Assembly: GCA_905178155.1 (NCBI GenBank)
Contig: CAJINV010000006.1
Location: forward strand, 1,489,876-1,553,875
Direction of reading: 5' to 3'
From: Amoebophrya sp. A120
Taxonomy: Eukaryota > Protista > Dinoflagellata
Length of the DNA stretch: 64,000 nucleotides
The notes beneath the pieces were generated by a model, which was given only the letters and a program-made list of their open reading frames with translations, ran no database searches and was not told where the DNA came from. The position numbers and the translations under genes were made by a program. Positions within the stretch are counted from its first letter, which is position 1; each line of letters begins with the position of its first letter. Positions 61,501-64,000 of the stretch are shown piece by piece.

Positions 61501-64000
61501 ATTTAACCTCGGATGACTCCCGGGATTCCAGTTGGTACCTGAACACGGTCGTGCGGGGGCAGAAGCGAAACGTGGTCATATCAACTGCAAAAGTGTCTGG
61601 GTCGGGAAGGATGCGAAATTGTGATGCGTGTTGCGGATCATACAAAAATCTGTGTTGCATGACTTGCAAAAGGTCCCCACTTTTCGTCATGCCCGGAGGG
61701 TATTTCTCATGCAGAATGGGCATCATCAAGGCGCTGCAGAACCTGTGATGCTAGGCCCTGCGTTCCAGATTTGGCGGATGCTAGGCACTGCGTGACAAGT
61801 GTCGGAATCTTCCAGACCCAGACACTTTTGCATTTGATAGGTCATCGCCGTGGACATCTCGATGTCCATGTGGAATTCGGAAACGGTCACGAAAACGGGC
61901 GCAGACGGCAAGGAGTACCAAGAGTACATTCCCAACACGCAGCGATGGGAGAACGCGCGATCCGCGGTGGACAAAGCGCTCGATGGGTTAGACGGGGCCA
62001 AGTATGACAGTGCACAACTCACCCTCGTTCTCATTTCTCTTGCAAAACACCAAATCCACGCTTTCCCTCCTGTCACGATTATGCATGACAAGTTCTGGTA
62101 GCCCAAGAAATAGCTGCATCCAGTTGTACAAACTTGTCATGCAAACCGGCACTCTTGTTGATGCTTGTATTGCCGTTCATGCTATACAAATGAGGGGGAG
62201 GAGGAGTTGTGCACTGTCATACCAAGGGGGATCGGTTCAACGTGATGGTTTGGTCGACGGATGTGTTTTTCTCCTCTTTCGAATTAGTTCGGGCGATATC
62301 AACTGCAAACATGCCTGGGTCTGGACTGCTTGAACCTGTATTGCGTGTTTCGGATGCCATGAAAATCTGTATTGCATAAGCACCAAAAGCTCCACTTTTT
62401 CCTTTTCGTCATGCAAAATCGCAGTTTGTACTCGTAATGCGTGCTGCGTATGAGGAAGCGACTGAAAATAAACTTGTCATGCTTCACTGCACTTAAAGGC
62501 ACACTCAATCGTGACCATTCAGCATTACAAGTTTCCAGACCCGGACATATTTGCATTGGATAGGCGACCAAGGAAAATATTTTGAAAGCGAAGATCTGGC
62601 TGAAGGAGCAGGCGGGCGCGGCGATGCTGGAGGGATCGGGAACACACTACCCTTTGTAAAAACGTCCCCACCCCATAGTCAAGTTGGTAAATCTGCAACA
62701 CAAATCTCCAAGCTTTGGGAGTTTTGCATGACAAGTTTCCATCTGTAGCGTCGTTCTGTTTAGCAAGGGAAGCCGCATGAGAAAGCCAGCTTCTCATCCC
62801 GTTTGCAGCATTACAAAGTTCAAAAGACGACCCCTGGATGTGCCTCTAATACAGATCCGCATCACAAGTGTTGCTCTCATTGCCGATTTGCATGACAACT
62901 CTGGGGTCGTGGGGACGTTTTTTCTTGGGATACGCACCCGGAGTGGGCGCTGGCGAGCGCGCTGGCGTTGGGGACAAAAGGGATTGTCCCGAAGCCGCTG
63001 CTATCAAATGCAAAAATGTCTGGGTCTGGTTCTGGAAGATTGCAGGAGTTTGTCATGCATGTTTTGGATCACGCAACTGGTCTCTAATGCACGCAAAAGC
63101 TTTACAGGTTTTGCGCAGGCCTCCTGATGTCTCTCCCGCATGAGAAATTCCCTGTTTGCGTAGCAAGAAATGGAAAGCTTTTGGTGCTTATGCAATGCAA
63201 GTTTTTGCCTATTCCAGAATTCGCATGACAAGTTCCAACTCTTCCATACCCAGACATTTTTGCATTTGATACCTGCGGGACGTGTATTTCAATCCAGAGC
63301 ACAGCACGGTCGTGAAAGATGGTATTAATGGGACAGCCGTCGACCAACTGTGGGGGAGTATGATCACGGAGTTGGATCAGCAGGGAGACTGGGCCGCGAT
63401 TCCGATCAGCTGGGTGAACAGCTCGCCGCGGAAGGTCCCGTGGGGCGAGAGCAAAACCACGGTTGAGGAAAGGTTAAATAGGATCTCGGAAGAGTTTTTG
63501 AAAAAAGAATCCCGGGAGCGCTTCGCCGGGAATGCAGATCTGGAAAACGCCGAGTGCGTTTTGTGGTCCGACTTCTGCTATGGATTGCAAAAGTATCGTA
63601 CTCGTAAATGCAATACAAATTTCCTCAGCATGAGAAATAAGATCTGTCATGCAGATTTACATTGAGAAAAAAATTTGTAATGCAGGACTGCAATTACTAC
63701 GAGTGCGATACTTTTGCAGAGCATATCTGCGAAACGACAGTGTTGTTCATCACCGACGCGGATAACTACAAGAGCCAAATGTGCCTCGAAAACAAGGACG
63801 AACAGGGTAACTGCCCAAGCGGCAAAGTTACGGTCTCGCCGGAGAGTTTTCGCGGGGAGGACGGGAGTTCGGCTGGGCAGATGTTGCAGGATTTCGGGAA
63901 GTTGTTTAAAAAGGACTGGGGCGTGCTGCTTCAAGCTTTTGTGATGATTGACGAAGACACTTACGACATGGCGCAGGACGGGTCTGGCGCTTACCCGAAA
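58550..64000 (+). CDS. Second alpha2delta-like VWA protein (paralog of 39596-46473); runs off the right edge; start may be ATG 58628
   Basis: Exons 58550-59421, 59577-59968, 60124-60195, 60515-60577, 60841-61332, 61489-61578, 61845-62002, 62227-62296, 62568-62647, 62938-63001, 63277-63578, 63731->64000. DSRDSSWY..KRNVVIAVDISMSM, GDRFNV, FELVRATKEN and DFCETTVLFITDA align with the first copy. Confidence 0.85.
59422..59571. mobile_element. Introner, family B
   Basis: TIR; DR TCCAC/TCCAC. Confidence 0.92.
59969..60118. mobile_element. Introner, family B (5' end AAT)
   Basis: TIR; DR GAAGA/GAAAA. Confidence 0.85.
60196..60509. mobile_element. Introner, family E
   Basis: Long near-perfect TIR TATGGAAGCGTCAGGTTTGAAATCG; DR GGTGA/GGTGA. 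Confidence 0.93.
60578..60835. mobile_element. Introner, family A
   Basis: TIR; DR GAGGA/GAGGA. Confidence 0.92.
61333..61483. mobile_element. Introner, family B
   Basis: TIR; DR CCTGA/CCTGA. Confidence 0.92.
61579..61839. mobile_element. Introner, family A
   Basis: TIR; DR GGTCA/GGTCA; restores NVVIAVDISMS. Confidence 0.93.
62003..62221. mobile_element. Introner, family C
   Basis: Perfect TATGACAGTGCACAACTC TIR; DR CCAAG/CCAAG. Confidence 0.93.
62297..62562. mobile_element. Introner, family A
   Basis: TIR; DR GGCGA/GGCGA. Confidence 0.92.
62648..62932. mobile_element. Introner, singleton type
   Basis: AAAAACGTCCCCAC / GTGGGGACGTTTTT TIR core; DR CACAC/CGCAC. Confidence 0.85.
63002..63271. 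mobile_element. Introner, family A
   Basis: TIR; DR GCTGC/CCTGC. Confidence 0.9.
63579..63725. mobile_element. Introner, family B
   Basis: TIR; DR TCTGC/TCTGC; restores DFCETT. Confidence 0.92.

Noticed and set aside
8628-63725. Short ORFs with recurring peptides (CKSVWVWK, FQTQTYLH, LQKYRTR, KFVMH) as a protein family or transposase fragments
   Set aside because: They are translations of the element TIRs and internal motif in various frames, with no coding signal.
2900-63725. Ciliate-type IESs or Tc1/mariner MITEs with TA target duplication
   Set aside because: The ends carry TA, but the duplicated and frame-restoring unit is the 5-mer outside it, and leaving one TA does not restore the proteins. 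DNA-level excision cannot be formally excluded without data.
8628-63725. Group I/II self-splicing or U12 (AT-AC) introns
   Set aside because: Too short and symmetric, no recognisable catalytic domains or ATATCCTT/AC consensus, and they occur in both orientations.
7045-64000. Genes as transposon-disrupted pseudogenes
   Set aside because: I found no stop or frameshift outside the inserts, conserved motifs are intact, and old degenerate inserts coexist with intact coding sequence.
1-64000. Dinoflagellate spliced-leader relics, tRNA, rRNA or snRNA genes
   Set aside because: No match to CCGTAGCCATTTTGGCTCAAG or a recognisable structured RNA seen by eye; a covariance-model scan would be needed to exclude them.

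Overview
Eukaryotic, alveolate-type genomic DNA, most consistent with an Amoebophrya-like syndinian dinoflagellate (inference). I reconstruct 11 protein-coding genes, all on the + strand: an unknown membrane protein truncated at the left edge, HID1, a centrin, a TMEM41/VTT protein, TSR3, three paralogous Cys-rich membrane proteins, two alpha2delta/CACHD1-like VWA proteins (the second truncated at the right edge) and a ~2,370-aa single-pass protein. The ORF track is fragmented because the genes are interrupted by 57 MITE-like inserts of 145-361 bp (six terminal-repeat families plus four singletons). They almost all start TAT/TAC and end ATA, have terminal inverted repeats, are flanked by a 5-bp direct repeat (37 perfect, 20 degenerate) and carry copies of a TTTGT[C/G/A]ATGC motif in both orientations. 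Removing the element plus 5 nt restores the reading frame at all 56 coding-frame sites and rejoins conserved motifs, although almost none have GT-AG ends. They therefore appear to be transposon-derived non-canonical introns (introners). Four ordinary GT-AG introns start GTAT/GTAC and carry the same motif, in sense orientation only, near their 3' ends, which suggests how the elements are spliced. Four GC-rich non-coding blocks are also present; two have foldback structure. Coordinates were counted by hand, and splicing is inferred from frame restoration, not from transcripts.
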